In this document: piece after piece, positions 46,357 through 58,880 of the stretch
Layout: each line of letters begins with the position of its first letter
Numbering within the stretch: the first letter of the stretch is position 1
Assembly: GCA_016190215.1 (NCBI GenBank)
Contig: JACPRA010000027.1
Location: 6,659 to 70,658, forward strand
Reading direction: 5' to 3'
Source of the DNA: Candidatus Omnitrophota bacterium
GTDB taxonomy: Bacteria > Omnitrophota > Gorgyraeia > Aquiviventales > Aquiviventaceae
Length of the DNA: 64,000 nucleotides
Program-made: the position numbers and the translations under genes
Notes under the pieces: model-generated
What the model was told of the DNA's origin: nothing
The model's input: only the letters and a program-made list of their open reading frames with translations
The model's database searches: none

Positions 46357-46953
46357 CTGCGCGCGTTCGTCGCCCTTGAGCTGCCTGAAGAAACGCGCCG
46401 CGCGCTCGGCGAGGTGCAATGCCGCCTCGCGGCGTCCCAGGCGGATGTGTCGTGGGTGGCGGTTTCCAACCTCCATCTGACGTTGCGCTTCCTTGGCGAG
46501 ATCACGGACGCGCAGCGCGCCGAGATTACGCAGGTGCTGGAGACGCTGGCGCGCGGCATAGCACCCTTGCGGCTGCGGTTGTCAGAGCTGGGAAGTTTTC
46601 CCAATGCGCATGCACCGCGCGTGGTGTGGGTGGGTGTGGAGGATGAGACCCGGCAATTGCCGCGCTTGGCTGCGGCGGTGGAGCAGGAATTGGCCGCGCT
46701 CGGATATAGCGCGCGCGAGGAGCGGTTTACGGCGCATGTCACGCTGGGCCGCGTGCGCTCGCCGCGCCATCGTGACGCGTTATCGCGTCAGTTGGCCGAG
46801 TTGGCGTGGACGCCGCCGGCCGCGTGCGACGTGCCCCAATTAACGTTGATGCGCAGCGTGCTCAGCTCCGCCGGGTCCAGCTATACGCCGCTGGCCCAAC
46901 TGCCGTTCACCCCGCCCCTTGGGGCGGGGTTCACCGGCGCGACGACGGCGTAA
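46357..46953 (+). CDS. thpR: RNA 2',3'-cyclic phosphodiesterase / 2'-5' RNA ligase family (ThpR/LigT)
   Basis: Two HxT/S motifs (HLTLRFLG and HVTLGRV). Family-typical N-terminal residues (LRAFVALELPEE) lie upstream of the track start at 46414, and no ATG/GTG/TTG is available after the TAG at 46345-46347, so the start is uncertain. Confidence 0.7.
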   Translation: MRAFVALELPEETRRALGEVQCRLAASQADVSWVAVSNLHLTLRFLGEITDAQRAEITQVLETLARGIAPLRLRLSELGSFPNAHAPRVVWVGVEDETRQLPRLAAAVEQELAALGYSAREERFTAHVTLGRVRSPRHRDALSRQLAELAWTPPAACDVPQLTLMRSVLSSAGSSYTPLAQLPFTPPLGAGFTGATTA

Positions 46954-48193
46954 GCGCGTTCGCCGCGAGCCGCAGGCCGTTCAGCGCGAGTTGCGCTGCC
47001 TGCCGTCGAATCCCCGCTCGATCTCCGTAAAAAAACTTTCGCGCCACCTGCGTGCCCTGCGGTCCGGCCCACGCCAGATAGACCAGCCCCACCGGTTTGT
47101 CCGCGGTGCCGCCGCCGGGGCCGGCGATGCCGGTGACGCTCACGCCGAACGTGCTGCCGCTCAATCGGCGCGCCCCCTCGGCCATGGCCCGTGCGACCGG
47201 CGCGCTGACCGCGCCATGGCGCGCCAGGAGTGCCGGCGCTACGCCCAGTACGTGTATTTTTGCCTGGTTGTGATAGGCGACGACGGAGAGCGTGACATAC
47301 CGAGAGCTGCCGGGCACCTCTGTCAGCACGGTGGATACCAAGCCCCCGGTGCACGACTCCGCGATCGCGACCGTCGCGCGATGCCGCACCAAGCTCTCTC
47401 CCGCAACGGCCTCAAGCGATGGTTCGCCGACGGCATAGATGGCGCGTCCCAGCGCGCGATGGAGCCGGCGCTCGATGCCGTCGAGGAGCATCGCTGCGCG
47501 CCGCGCCGAGGTGCTGGTGGCGGTGAGTTGGACATCCACCATCAGCAGGTTCGGATAGAATCCCACCGAGACGCCGGGCGGAAGATGGAACCGGCGCAGC
47601 AGCCGCTGTAATTGGAGCTCCAGCACGCCGATCGTCCGGATGGTCCGGGTGGCGAGCGCACCGGCTGGGCGCAGGCGTCGCAGCCTCGGCAGCACCGACG
47701 CCTGCAGGATCGCCCGCATTTCCTGGGGCACGCCGGGCAGAGCAATCAGCCGGGTCGCACCCCGCTCCCACCACACGCCAGGCGCGGTGCCCAGGGGATT
47801 CGGCAGCGGGCGCGCCCCGCGAGGCACGAAAGCCTGGCGCGCGGCCAGGCGGCTGAGGTGGGCGCCATGCCGGCGATAGAGCCGCTGCACGTGCCGGGCG
47901 GCTTGGGAGGAGCGCACGAGCGGTTGTCCTAACGCGCGCGCCAGGGCCTGAACGGTGATGTCATCGTCGGTGGGCCCGAGGCCGCCGGTGATGAGGATGA
48001 GATCGCTGCGGTGCAGGGCCGCGGTGATGGCCTCGACGATGGCCGCCGGCTCGTCCGGCACGGCAAGATGGCGCCGGGCGGCGATGCCCAGCGCCTGCAG
48101 TTGGCGCGAGAGGTAGGCGGCGTTGGTATTGATGACGCGCCCGCTGAGCAGCTCCGATCCGATGGCAATGATTTCCGCCTGCATGACCGCCAT
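46931..48193 (-). CDS. cinA: CinA-family protein (competence/damage-inducible; NMN amidohydrolase PncC domain)
   Basis: N-terminal MoCF-binding domain (AEIIAIGSELLSGRVINTNAAYL...ITGGLGPTDDDIT) plus a C-terminal PncC domain. The start is the ATG at 48193 or 48184; the track GTG at 48280 lies in a repeat element. Confidence 0.85.
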   Translation of the reverse strand: MAVMQAEIIAIGSELLSGRVINTNAAYLSRQLQALGIAARRHLAVPDEPAAIVEAITAALHRSDLILITGGLGPTDDDITVQALARALGQPLVRSSQAARHVQRLYRRHGAHLSRLAARQAFVPRGARPLPNPLGTAPGVWWERGATRLIALPGVPQEMRAILQASVLPRLRRLRPAGALATRTIRTIGVLELQLQRLLRRFHLPPGVSVGFYPNLLMVDVQLTATSTSARRAAMLLDGIERRLHRALGRAIYAVGEPSLEAVAGESLVRHRATVAIAESCTGGLVSTVLTEVPGSSRYVTLSVVAYHNQAKIHVLGVAPALLARHGAVSAPVARAMAEGARRLSGSTFGVSVTGIAGPGGGTADKPVGLVYLAWAGPQGTQVARKFFYGDRAGIRRQAAQLALNGLRLAANALTPSSRR

Positions 48194-48208
48194 TATAGCA
48201 TTTGGGTC

Positions 48209-48297
48209 GTGATTTCGGTTGGCGGGTCCTGCCGCTGCGCGACCCCGCCGGGGGCGGCGGGGGCCCCCGCTCCGCGTCACCCGCCAACCGAAGTCAC
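48209..48297. repeat. GC-rich palindromic element, copy B (inverted relative to copy A)
   Basis: 19-nt arms GTGATTTCGGTTGGCGGGT / ACCCGCCAACCGAAGTCAC with one mismatch. The core matches the reverse complement of copy A at 53 of 59 hand-aligned positions. Confidence 0.75.
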
Positions 48298-48332
48298 TTG
48301 GTTGGGAGGGGGAGAGAGGAAGAGCAGGCGCT

Positions 48333-48362
48333 TTGACAGGGACGGCGGGCTTCTCGTATAAT
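48333..48362 (+). promoter_or_regulatory. Sigma70-type promoter (TTGACA-18 nt-TATAAT) for recA
   Basis: Read directly from the sequence. It lies about 95 nt upstream of the recA ATG. Confidence 0.5.
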
Positions 48363-48457
48363 AATTCAACAGATTTGCCTCACCTGTGGGCGCGCGCTCA
48401 GGCATCCGCGCGGCGGGAAGCGCCTCGAAAAGCACCTAGCAGCAGAAAGGGTTACCA

Positions 48458-49540
48458 ATGGCGGAGCGAGAAAAAACAACCACGCACGATCGCGAGCGGG
48501 TGGAACGTCACAAAGTCTTGGAATCTACCCTCAGCCAGATTGAAAAGCAGTTCGGTAAAGGGTCCATCATGCGCCTGGGACAGAATTCCGTCGTGGACAT
48601 CCCGGCGATCCCCACCGGCTCCCTCGCGCTGGATTTGGCGCTGGGCATCGGCGGCCTGCCGCGCGGGCGCGTGGTCGAGATCTTCGGGCCGGAATCCTCC
48701 GGGAAAACCACCCTGTCGCTGAGCGTCATCGTGCAAGCGCAGCGCGCCGGCGGCACCGCGGCCTTCATTGACGCGGAGCACGCTCTCGACCCCGGGTATG
48801 CCCGGACGATCGGCGTGAACTTGGACGACCTTCTCGTCTCCCAGCCGGACACCGGCGAGCAGGCGCTGGAGATCGCCGAGACCTTGGTGCGCTCCAACGC
48901 GGTGGACCTCGTGGTGGTAGACTCGGTGGCCGCCCTCGTGCCGCGCGCCGAGATCGAAGGCGAGATGGGCGACCAGTTCATGGGGCTGCAGGCGCGGCTC
49001 ATGAGCCAGGCGCTGCGCAAGCTGACCGCGGTGATTTCCCGGTCCAAGACCTGCTGTGTGTTCATCAACCAGTTGCGCGAGAAGATCGGTGTCATGTTCG
49101 GCAACCCGGAAGTCACCCCCGGCGGCCGCGCGCTGAAATTCTACTCCTCGGTGCGCATTGACCTGCGGCGGATCGATTCGATCAAAGTCGGCGACCGCGC
49201 CGTGGGCAACCGCGTGCGGGCGAAGGTGGTCAAGAACAAGGTGGCCCCGCCGTTTCGCCAAGCCGAGTTCGACATCCTGTTCGACGAGGGCATCTCCAAG
49301 GCCGGCAGCTTGCTGGACGTCGGCGAGAGCGTGGGCGTCATCCAGCGGCAGGGCAGTTGGCTCTCCGCCGGCGATACCAAGCTGGGCCAGGGCCGCGAAA
49401 GCGCCCGGATGTTTTTAAGAGAAAACCCCAAGCTCATGCAGGACCTGGAGAACCGGATTCGGCAACAGGAGAAGTCGCAAGCGAAAGCAAAAGAAAAAGA
49501 CAAATCCGACGCCGCAACCCCGGTGGAGGCGGAAGCATGA
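48458..49540 (+). CDS. recA: Recombinase RecA
   Basis: Contains [30 protein letters not shown] and [17 protein letters not shown]. Confidence 0.97.
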   Translation: MAEREKTTTHDRERVERHKVLESTLSQIEKQFGKGSIMRLGQNSVVDIPAIPTGSLALDLALGIGGLPRGRVVEIFGPESSGKTTLSLSVIVQAQRAGGTAAFIDAEHALDPGYARTIGVNLDDLLVSQPDTGEQALEIAETLVRSNAVDLVVVDSVAALVPRAEIEGEMGDQFMGLQARLMSQALRKLTAVISRSKTCCVFINQLREKIGVMFGNPEVTPGGRALKFYSSVRIDLRRIDSIKVGDRAVGNRVRAKVVKNKVAPPFRQAEFDILFDEGISKAGSLLDVGESVGVIQRQGSWLSAGDTKLGQGRESARMFLRENPKLMQDLENRIRQQEKSQAKAKEKDKSDAATPVEAEA

Positions 49541-51069
49541 AGCGATGGCGGGGAGCGGCAACGCTGGCGGCGGCCCTTGGCGTAATCGGGGCCGGGGTGT
49601 TTGCGACACGGGGCGAGCTCTGGTCCGGCAGCAGCGCGATGGGGCGGGCGGTCTCGAGCGCGTCCAGCGCGCAGGCGGCGCAGAACAGCAGTGTGGCGGA
49701 ATCGCTGGAGCAGTCGTTCGTGCGCATCGGCGAAGAGGTCGGCCCGGCGGTCGTGAGCATTTCCACCGAACAGATCGAGCAGGTGCAGCGGTATTTCCGG
49801 GTGCATCCGTTTTTCGGCGAAGGGCCGTTTGAGGATTTCTTCCGCGACTTCTACGGCGACAACTCGCCGCAACAGCCGCAGCGGGAGTTCAAGCGGTTCG
49901 GGCTGGGGTCCGGGGTGCTGATTGACGGCCGCGGGTTTATCCTGACGAACGAGCATGTCGTCGCCGACGCGGACAAGATCACCGTCACCCTGGCCGACGG
50001 GCGGGAGTTTTCCGGCGAGGTGAAGGGCAAGGACCTGCGCTCGGATCTCGCCGTCATCAAGATTGATGCCAAGGACCTGCCGGCCATCCCGCGCCTGGGT
50101 GATTCGGATCACGTCAAGCCGGGCCAGTGGGCGATCGCGCTGGGCAACCCGTTCGGCTTGATGGGCTATGGCGGGGCGTCGCAGCAGGTGCTGGGGCCGG
50201 AGCCGACGCTGACCGTCGGCGTGGTCAGCGCCTTGCACCGCCGCCTGCCGCGGCCCATGCAGTCGGACCGCGATTACTCGGATTTGATTCAAACCGACGC
50301 GGCCATCAACCCCGGCAACAGCGGGGGGCCGCTCCTGAACATGCAAGGAGACGTCATCGGCATCAACGTGGCCATCCTCACCAGCTCGCGCGGCTCCGAA
50401 GGGGTGGGGTTCGCGGTGCCGATCAACCGGGCCAAAGCCATTCTGGACTCGCTAATTGAGGGCCGTAAAATCCTGTACGGCTGGCTGGGCATCCAGATCC
50501 AGGACATCACCCAGGACGTGGCGGAGTACTACGGCCTGACGGACCGCGAGGGCGTGCTGATTTACCAGGTGCTGCCTGAGGGGCCGGCCCACCAAGCAGG
50601 GCTGAAAGACGGCGACATCCTCAAGAGTTTTGAGGGGAAGCCGATCCGCAGCTCCCGCGAGCTGGTGGACGTGGTCGGCCACACCAAGGTGGGGCGGCGC
50701 GTCCCGGTCGAGGTGTTGCGCGAGGGCAAGCGGATGTCGGTGAATGTGGAGATCGGGGAGCGCCCCACGGACACGGATGCCGCGGTCGGCACCAGCGAGG
50801 CCTGGCGCGGGCTGAAAGTCATGGAGCTGACCCCGCAGTTGCGCGAGCAGTTTGAGCTGCCGCAGGATCTCTCCGGGGTCGTGATCACCGAGGTGGACCC
50901 CGCCAGCCCGGCGGCCGAAGCCAATCTGCAGCCTGGCGACGTGATCAACGAGATCAACCGGATGCAGGTCAATTCAGTGCAGGAGTACCGGCACGCGATC
51001 GAGAAAGTCCAGGGCAACGCCCTGGTGCGGACCACCCGCGGGTATGTGGTGGTGAAAGCCGAGCCGTGA
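49537..51069 (+). CDS. htrA: HtrA/DegP-family periplasmic serine protease with two PDZ domains
   Basis: Catalytic triad contexts LTNEHVV, DLAVIKI and GNSGGPLLN. Signal peptide present. The ATG at 49537 overlaps the recA stop (ATGA). Confidence 0.9.
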   Translation: MKRWRGAATLAAALGVIGAGVFATRGELWSGSSAMGRAVSSASSAQAAQNSSVAESLEQSFVRIGEEVGPAVVSISTEQIEQVQRYFRVHPFFGEGPFEDFFRDFYGDNSPQQPQREFKRFGLGSGVLIDGRGFILTNEHVVADADKITVTLADGREFSGEVKGKDLRSDLAVIKIDAKDLPAIPRLGDSDHVKPGQWAIALGNPFGLMGYGGASQQVLGPEPTLTVGVVSALHRRLPRPMQSDRDYSDLIQTDAAINPGNSGGPLLNMQGDVIGINVAILTSSRGSEGVGFAVPINRAKAILDSLIEGRKILYGWLGIQIQDITQDVAEYYGLTDREGVLIYQVLPEGPAHQAGLKDGDILKSFEGKPIRSSRELVDVVGHTKVGRRVPVEVLREGKRMSVNVEIGERPTDTDAAVGTSEAWRGLKVMELTPQLREQFELPQDLSGVVITEVDPASPAAEANLQPGDVINEINRMQVNSVQEYRHAIEKVQGNALVRTTRGYVVVKAEP

Positions 51070-51128
51070 GCCGGCGGCGCATTCCGTACCGTGATTGTGC
51101 AGCCTGACGCCCTGCGCGTCAGTCGCTG

Positions 51129-51607
51129 ATGATCATGAGGCGCGCCAGTGGGGGGAGCACGGATGTGCAGGCCCGAGCCTCCGCGCTGGCGCGTCGTTAT
51201 CTGCGGTTCGGCGTCCGCTCCGTCGCGCAAGTTCAGACCTACCTGCGCGCTCGCGAGGTGCCCCCAGCGGTCATCGAAGCGGTGCTGGTCGAGTGCCGGC
51301 AGCGCGGCTGGGTGGATGACCGCGCGTGCGCGAAGCTGATCGCCGGCCGCTTGGCCGAGCAGGGCTACGGGGTGGCGCTCATCCGAGCGCGCCTGGCCGC
51401 GCGTGAGCTGGCGCCGGCCGCCGTAGAGGCGGCGTTGGCGCCGTTGGCCTCTGAAGGACAGGAGCTCTCGCGCGCCCGGGCCGCGGCGCGCAGCCGCGCG
51501 CGGACGGCCCGCGCCGTAGCACCGGGCGAGGCCGCGCGGCTGGCCCGGCGGCTGGCCCGTCGAGGATTTTCACCGGAGATCATTGAGCAGACCATCACCC
51601 GTCACGA

Positions 51608-51611
<4 letters not shown>
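51129..51611 (+). CDS. recX: RecX-like recombination regulator
   Basis: Repeated three-helix RecX pattern (RRYLRFGVRSVAQVQTYLRAREVP...ECRQRGWVDD...AGRLAEQGYG). Located between recA and alaS. Confidence 0.7.
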
Positions 51612-54283
<2,672 letters not shown>

Positions 54284-54296
54284 CAGGAAGGATCGC

Positions 54297-55517
54297 ATGA
54301 AGATCATCTCCACCCATGGACAGGTCTGGCAGCGGTTGTGCGCGCGCCAGCTCGTGAGCAAGCGGCGCGTCGAAGAGCGGGTGCGCGGCATCCTCGACGA
54401 CGTGCGCCAGCACGGCGATGAAGCCGTGCTGCGCTACACCCGGAAATTCGACGGCGTAAAGCTGACCCCGAAGCAGTTGCGGGTGACCGAGGCGGAAATC
54501 TCCGGCGCGTTCCAGCACATTGATCCGAACTTGACCGTGCACTTGAAGGCCGCCATCCAGAAGGTGCAGGCCTTCTACGGCAAGCTGCGCATGAAGCCGG
54601 TCCGGATCGTGGACAGCGACGGGGTGTTCCTCGGCGAGAAGTTCGATCCCATCGAGCGGGTGGGCGTCTACATCCCCGGCGGCACGGCGAGCCTGGTCTC
54701 CACCGTCTACATGACGGTGATTCCGGCCCGGCAGGCGGGGGTGCAGCACATCGCGCTGACGACGCCGCCGAGGCCTGACGGCAGTGTCGATCCAAACATC
54801 CTGGCGGTGGCCAGCCTGCTGCACGTGGACGAGGTCTACAAGCTCGGCGGCGCGCAGGCGATCGGCGCCTTCGCGTTCGGCACCAAGACCGTCCCGCGGG
54901 TGGACAAGATCGTTGGTCCCGGCAATGCCTACGTGGTGGAAGCCAAGCGGCAGGTCTTCGGCGTGGTGGACATCGAGACCATCGCCGGGCCGTCGGAGAT
55001 CGCCATCATCGCGGACCGCCACGCCACTCCGCAATTCGTGCTGGCCGACTTGATGGGGGAAACCGAGCACGCCGGCGGCATCGGGTTTCTGATCACGACA
55101 TCCAAGTCGCTGGCCCGGCTGGCCAAGAAGCAGATCCCCTCCGGCTATTGCATCGCGGTGAAGAACCTGGATGAGGCCGTGGACGTGGCCAACCAGTTGG
55201 CGCCCGAGCACCTGGAGCTGATGGTCGCGTCGCCCAAGAAGCTGCTCAAGCGCATCCGCCACGCGGGAGCGATCTTCCTGGGCGCCTACTCGCCGGTCAC
55301 GATCGGCGATTATATCGCCGGCCCCAGCCACGTGCTGCCCACCGGCGGGGCGGCGCGCATCTTTTCCGGCATCGGGGTGGATGACTTCATCCGCAAGACG
55401 CACATCATCGGGTATACCAAAGGCGCGCTGGAGAAAGTCCGCGAGCCGGTGGAGCGGCTGACGGCGCTGGAAGGGCTGCCGTTGCACTTTGAATCCGTGC
55501 GGGTCCGCTTAAGCTGA
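54297..55517 (+). CDS. hisD: Histidinol dehydrogenase
   Basis: Family-typical sequence (AGPSEIAIIAD, and GDYIAGPSHVLPTGG). First gene of the his block. Confidence 0.9.
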   Translation: MKIISTHGQVWQRLCARQLVSKRRVEERVRGILDDVRQHGDEAVLRYTRKFDGVKLTPKQLRVTEAEISGAFQHIDPNLTVHLKAAIQKVQAFYGKLRMKPVRIVDSDGVFLGEKFDPIERVGVYIPGGTASLVSTVYMTVIPARQAGVQHIALTTPPRPDGSVDPNILAVASLLHVDEVYKLGGAQAIGAFAFGTKTVPRVDKIVGPGNAYVVEAKRQVFGVVDIETIAGPSEIAIIADRHATPQFVLADLMGETEHAGGIGFLITTSKSLARLAKKQIPSGYCIAVKNLDEAVDVANQLAPEHLELMVASPKKLLKRIRHAGAIFLGAYSPVTIGDYIAGPSHVLPTGGAARIFSGIGVDDFIRKTHIIGYTKGALEKVREPVERLTALEGLPLHFESVRVRLS

Positions 55518-55527
55518 TCGGAGTCTC

Positions 55528-56127
55528 ATGAGACGAGCCAACGTGACACGGCGCACGACCGAAACACAGATCGCCATTCGTCTGGATGTGGATCGCCCCG
55601 GCACGGCGCGGGTGGCCACCGGCCTGCCGTTTTTGGACCACATGCTGGTCCTCCTGGCCACGCACGCCGGCTGGACGCTGTCTGTGAAAGCGCAGGGCGA
55701 TCTGGCGGTGGACGTGCACCACACCAATGAAGACGTCGGGCTGGTGCTGGGCCAAGCTTTGCTCAACGCCGTGGGCGACTCCCGCGGCATCCGGCGCTTC
55801 GGCTGGGCCTACGTGCCGATGGAAGACGCCCTGGCGCGCGTGGTGGTGGACATCTGCGGCCGCCCCAAGCTGGTGGTGCGGGACCAGCGCCGCCCGCGCC
55901 GGACGCTGACCAGCTCCGGCACGGCGTATCAATGGCGGGATCTCGAGCACTGCCTGGAGTCGTTCACGCGCACCGCCAAGCTGACGGCGCACGTGGACCT
56001 CTTTGCCGGCGATGATTTACACCACACGGCTGAGGCGGTGATGAAGGCGCTGGGGCGCGCGTTGCGCCAGGCCGCCGAGCGGGACGCCCGCGGCCGCCGC
56101 GTTCCATCCTCGAAGGGCATCTTGTGA
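55528..56127 (+). CDS. hisB: Imidazoleglycerol-phosphate dehydratase
   Basis: Contains TRRTTETQIAIRLDVD and DVHHTNEDVGLVLGQAL. Confidence 0.9.
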   Translation: MRRANVTRRTTETQIAIRLDVDRPGTARVATGLPFLDHMLVLLATHAGWTLSVKAQGDLAVDVHHTNEDVGLVLGQALLNAVGDSRGIRRFGWAYVPMEDALARVVVDICGRPKLVVRDQRRPRRTLTSSGTAYQWRDLEHCLESFTRTAKLTAHVDLFAGDDLHHTAEAVMKALGRALRQAAERDARGRRVPSSKGIL

Positions 56128-56155
56128 AAGGGCAGGGGGCACGCCAAATAGTGGG

Positions 56156-56229
56156 CAGACAGCACCTAGCACACAGCACACAGAGCGATCCTTTTTATCT
56201 GTTTGCTGTGTGCTGTGTGCTGTGTGCTG
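56156..56229. repeat. Inverted heptamer arrays (CACACAG)n / (CTGTGTG)n between hisB and hisH
   Basis: Left arm CAGACAG CACCTAG CACACAG CACACAG, loop AGCGATCCTTTTTAT, right arm CTGTTTG CTGTGTG CTGTGTG CTGTGTG. Confidence 0.85.
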
Positions 56230-56233
56230 CAAT

Positions 56234-56845
56234 ATGATTGTTGTCGTGGACTACGGCATGGGCAACCTGCGCAGCGTCTCCAAGGCGTTGGAGCGCGCGG
56301 GGGCCTCGGTGCGCGTCAGCGACCAGCCCAAGGATGTCGCGCGCGCAACGAAGCTCATCGTGCCCGGCGTGGGCGCGTTTGATGTGGCGATGGACGAGCT
56401 GCGCCGCCGGAAGCTGGCGGAGCCGATCACGCAGGCCATCGCCTCCGGCACGCCGTACCTGGGCATCTGCCTGGGGCTGCAGTTGCTCTTCGAGTTCAGC
56501 GAGGAAGGCAACGTCCCCGGGCTGGGCGTGCTCGACGGGCGCGTGAAGCGCTTCACGGTCCTGCCGCCGCTCAAAGTGCCGCACATGGGCTGGAACCGCG
56601 TGCGCCGCCTCCCCAGGGCCGGAGCGTGCCCGCTGCTGGCGGGGATCCCGGACGAGAGCTTCTTCTACTTCGTGCACTCCTATTACGCGGATCCGGCCGA
56701 CCGGGCGATTGTCGCGTTGGAAACCGAGTACGATCATCCGTTTGCCTCCATGATGTGGCGGGAGCGGGTGTTCGCCACGCAGTTCCACCCGGAAAAGAGC
56801 CAGGCGGCGGGATTGAAGTTATTGGAGAACTTCGTGACACTCTAA
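56234..56845 (+). CDS. hisH: Imidazole glycerol phosphate synthase, glutamine amidotransferase subunit
   Basis: MIVVVDYGMGNLRSV, GICLGLQLL (catalytic Cys) and FHPEKS. The track start at 56210 lies in a repeat array. Confidence 0.9.
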   Translation: MIVVVDYGMGNLRSVSKALERAGASVRVSDQPKDVARATKLIVPGVGAFDVAMDELRRRKLAEPITQAIASGTPYLGICLGLQLLFEFSEEGNVPGLGVLDGRVKRFTVLPPLKVPHMGWNRVRRLPRAGACPLLAGIPDESFFYFVHSYYADPADRAIVALETEYDHPFASMMWRERVFATQFHPEKSQAAGLKLLENFVTL

Positions 56846-57595
56846 ATGGTGATCCTTCCCGCAATTGATCTCTTGGATGGCAAGGTCGTGCGCCTGGTGC
56901 AGGGCAAGCGCGACCAGGTGACCGTCTATTCCGACGACCCGGTGGCCGTCGCGCAGCGCTGGAAGGCGCAGGGCGCGGAGTGGCTGCACGTCGTGGATTT
57001 AAACGGCGCCTTTGAGGGCACCTACACCAACCTGGCCTGGGCCAAGCGCATCATGGAGTCCTCCGGGCTGAACATTGAGTTGAGCGGGGGCATTCGCAGC
57101 CGGGAGACGCTGGCCGAGTGCATCGGCCTCGGGGCCAAGCGCGTGGTGCTGGGCACCAAGGCGTGCGAGGACCCGCAGTTCGTCCAGGAAGCGGCGGACC
57201 GCTACGGCCATAAAATCGCGGTGGCCATTGACGCCAAGGCGGGGCAGGTGGTCGCGCGCGGCTGGACCGCGCCCACCGCGCTGTCGGCGGAGCAGCTGGC
57301 GCGCAGCATGGCCTATTTAGGGGTCGAGTGCCTCATTTGCACCGACGTTTCGCGCGACGGCATGCTGCAAGGCCCCAACACCGACTTGCTGCGCAAGGTG
57401 CTGGGCATCGGGTCCGTGAAGGTCGTCGCCTCCGGCGGAGTCGCCACGCTTGAGGATGTGCTGCGTCTGGCGGAGCTGGCCCCCCAGGGATTGACCGGCG
57501 TTATCATCGGCAAAGCCTTGTACGAAGGGGCCATTGATTTAAAGGAAGCTCTTCGCGTCGTCAGCAGACAGCACACAGCAGACAGCGAACAGTAA
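56846..57595 (+). CDS. hisA: ProFAR isomerase
   Basis: Contains ILPAIDLLDGKVVRLVQG and VASGGVATLEDV. The C-terminal residues SRQHTADSEQ are encoded by a heptamer repeat array. Confidence 0.9.
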   Translation: MVILPAIDLLDGKVVRLVQGKRDQVTVYSDDPVAVAQRWKAQGAEWLHVVDLNGAFEGTYTNLAWAKRIMESSGLNIELSGGIRSRETLAECIGLGAKRVVLGTKACEDPQFVQEAADRYGHKIAVAIDAKAGQVVARGWTAPTALSAEQLARSMAYLGVECLICTDVSRDGMLQGPNTDLLRKVLGIGSVKVVASGGVATLEDVLRLAELAPQGLTGVIIGKALYEGAIDLKEALRVVSRQHTADSEQ

Positions 57596-57637
57596 CCCCG
57601 TGCGCAATTCTGTGTGCCGTATGCTGTGTGCTGCAGA
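57562..57637. repeat. Inverted heptamer arrays (CAGCASA)n / (CTGTGTG)n spanning hisA 3' end and the hisA-hisF spacer
   Basis: Left arm CAGCAGA CAGCACA CAGCAGA CAGCGAA CAGTAAC. Right arm CTGTGTG CCGTATG CTGTGTG CTGCAGA. Confidence 0.8.
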
Positions 57638-57640
57638 GAC

Positions 57641-58435
57641 ATGTTAACCAAACGCATCATTCCGTGCTTGGACGTGGACGCCGGCCGCGTCGTCAAAGGC
57701 GTGCGGTTCGTCAACCTGCGCGATGCCGGCGATCCGGTGGCGACGGCGCGCGCATATGACGCCACTGGCGCGGATGAACTGGTCTTCCTCGACATCACCG
57801 CCAGCGCGCAGCAGCGCAATATCATGCTGGACGTCGTGGCCCGGACCGCTGCGGTGGTCTTCATGCCGCTGACCGTCGGCGGCGGCATCCGCGGCGTGGA
57901 CGATATCCGCGCCTTGCTGAACGCCGGCGCGGATAAAGCCTCCTTGAACACCGCTGCGGTGCAGCGTCCGGAATTGATCCGCGAATCAGCCGCGCGCTTC
58001 GGCAACCAGTGCATCGTCGTGGCGATTGACGCCAAGCAAGTTCCAGCACACAGCACACAGCACACAGCACACGAGGGCATGCGGTGGGAAGTGTATACCC
58101 ACGGTGGCCGCACCGCCACCGGCCAGGATGCCGTCGCGTGGGCGCGCGAGGCGGAGCGGCTCGGCGCGGGCGAGATTCTGTTGACCAGCATGGACCGCGA
58201 CGGCACGAAACAGGGCTACGACGTGGAGCTCACCCGGGCCGTGGCCCAGGCGGTGACGATCCCGGTGATCGCCTCCGGCGGGGCGGGGACACCCGCGCAC
58301 TTTGTCGAGGTGCTCACCACCGGCGGCGCGGATGCGGCGCTGGCAGCCTCGCTGTTCCACTTCGGCGAGCTGTCCATCGCGCAGGTGAAATCGGCGCTGG
58401 CGCACGCCGGTGTCGCCGTTCGGACTTCAACGTAG
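57641..58435 (+). CDS. hisF: Imidazole glycerol phosphate synthase, cyclase subunit
   Basis: Contains [40 protein letters not shown] and VIASGGAG. Confidence 0.93.
   Translation: MLTKRIIPCLDVDAGRVVKGVRFVNLRDAGDPVATARAYDATGADELVFLDITASAQQRNIMLDVVARTAAVVFMPLTVGGGIRGVDDIRALLNAGADKASLNTAAVQRPELIRESAARFGNQCIVVAIDAKQVPAHSTQHTAHEGMRWEVYTHGGRTATGQDAVAWAREAERLGAGEILLTSMDRDGTKQGYDVELTRAVAQAVTIPVIASGGAGTPAHFVEVLTTGGADAALAASLFHFGELSIAQVKSALAHAGVAVRTST
58044..58071 (+). repeat. (CAGCACA)x4 perfect tandem heptamer inside the hisF coding sequence
   Basis: 28 nt, read in frame as [10 protein letters not shown], within a variable loop of HisF after VVAIDAK. Confidence 0.9.
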
Positions 58436-58451
58436 AGCGAAGGAGACGGGC

Positions 58452-58880
58452 ATGAGCAGGCAAGGGCGATCAGCCACGTGGCGCATTGATGCCTCAAAAA
58501 TGCACGAGCTGGTGAAGTTCGACAAGGACGGGTTGGTGCCGGCGGTCATTCAAGATGCCCGCTCCAAACGGGTGCTCACCTTGTGCTATTTGAACAAGGA
58601 CGCGCTCGTCCGCAGTTTGGAGGAAGGGAAGGTCTACGTCTTCCGCCGCTCGCAGCAGCGCCTCATGCTGAAGGGCGAGACCTCCGGCCACATCCAGGTG
58701 ATCCGCGAAGTGCGGATCGACTGCGAGGGGAAATCGCTGGTCTTCCTCGTTTTTCAGCACGTGGCGGCCTGTCACACCGGCTATGCGAGCTGCTACTTCC
58801 GGATTCTGACCACCGACGGGTTCCTGGTCATCAAAGAGCGAAAACTGTTCAAGCCGGAGGCGGTGTACCGTACGCCGTAA
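58452..58880 (+). CDS. hisI: Phosphoribosyl-AMP cyclohydrolase
   Basis: AAGGAGAC SD 6 nt upstream of the ATG at 58452. Contains GLVPAVIQD, SGH and CHTGY. Confidence 0.85.
   Translation: MSRQGRSATWRIDASKMHELVKFDKDGLVPAVIQDARSKRVLTLCYLNKDALVRSLEEGKVYVFRRSQQRLMLKGETSGHIQVIREVRIDCEGKSLVFLVFQHVAACHTGYASCYFRILTTDGFLVIKERKLFKPEAVYRTP

Noticed and set aside
48369-48400. Possible LexA/SOS box in the recA leader (ACAG-N11-CTGT in CAACAGATTTGCCTCACCTGTGGG).
   Set aside because: The half-site order and spacing do not match CTGT-N8-ACAG, GAAC-N4-GTTC or any other LexA consensus I know. No lexA gene is present in the window to support it.
56156-58071. Whether the short regularly spaced repeats could be a CRISPR array.
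   Set aside because: The units are 7 nt with no spacers, the arrays are under 80 nt, they are arranged as inverted arms, and no cas genes are nearby. They are microsatellite/STRR-like repeats rather than CRISPR.
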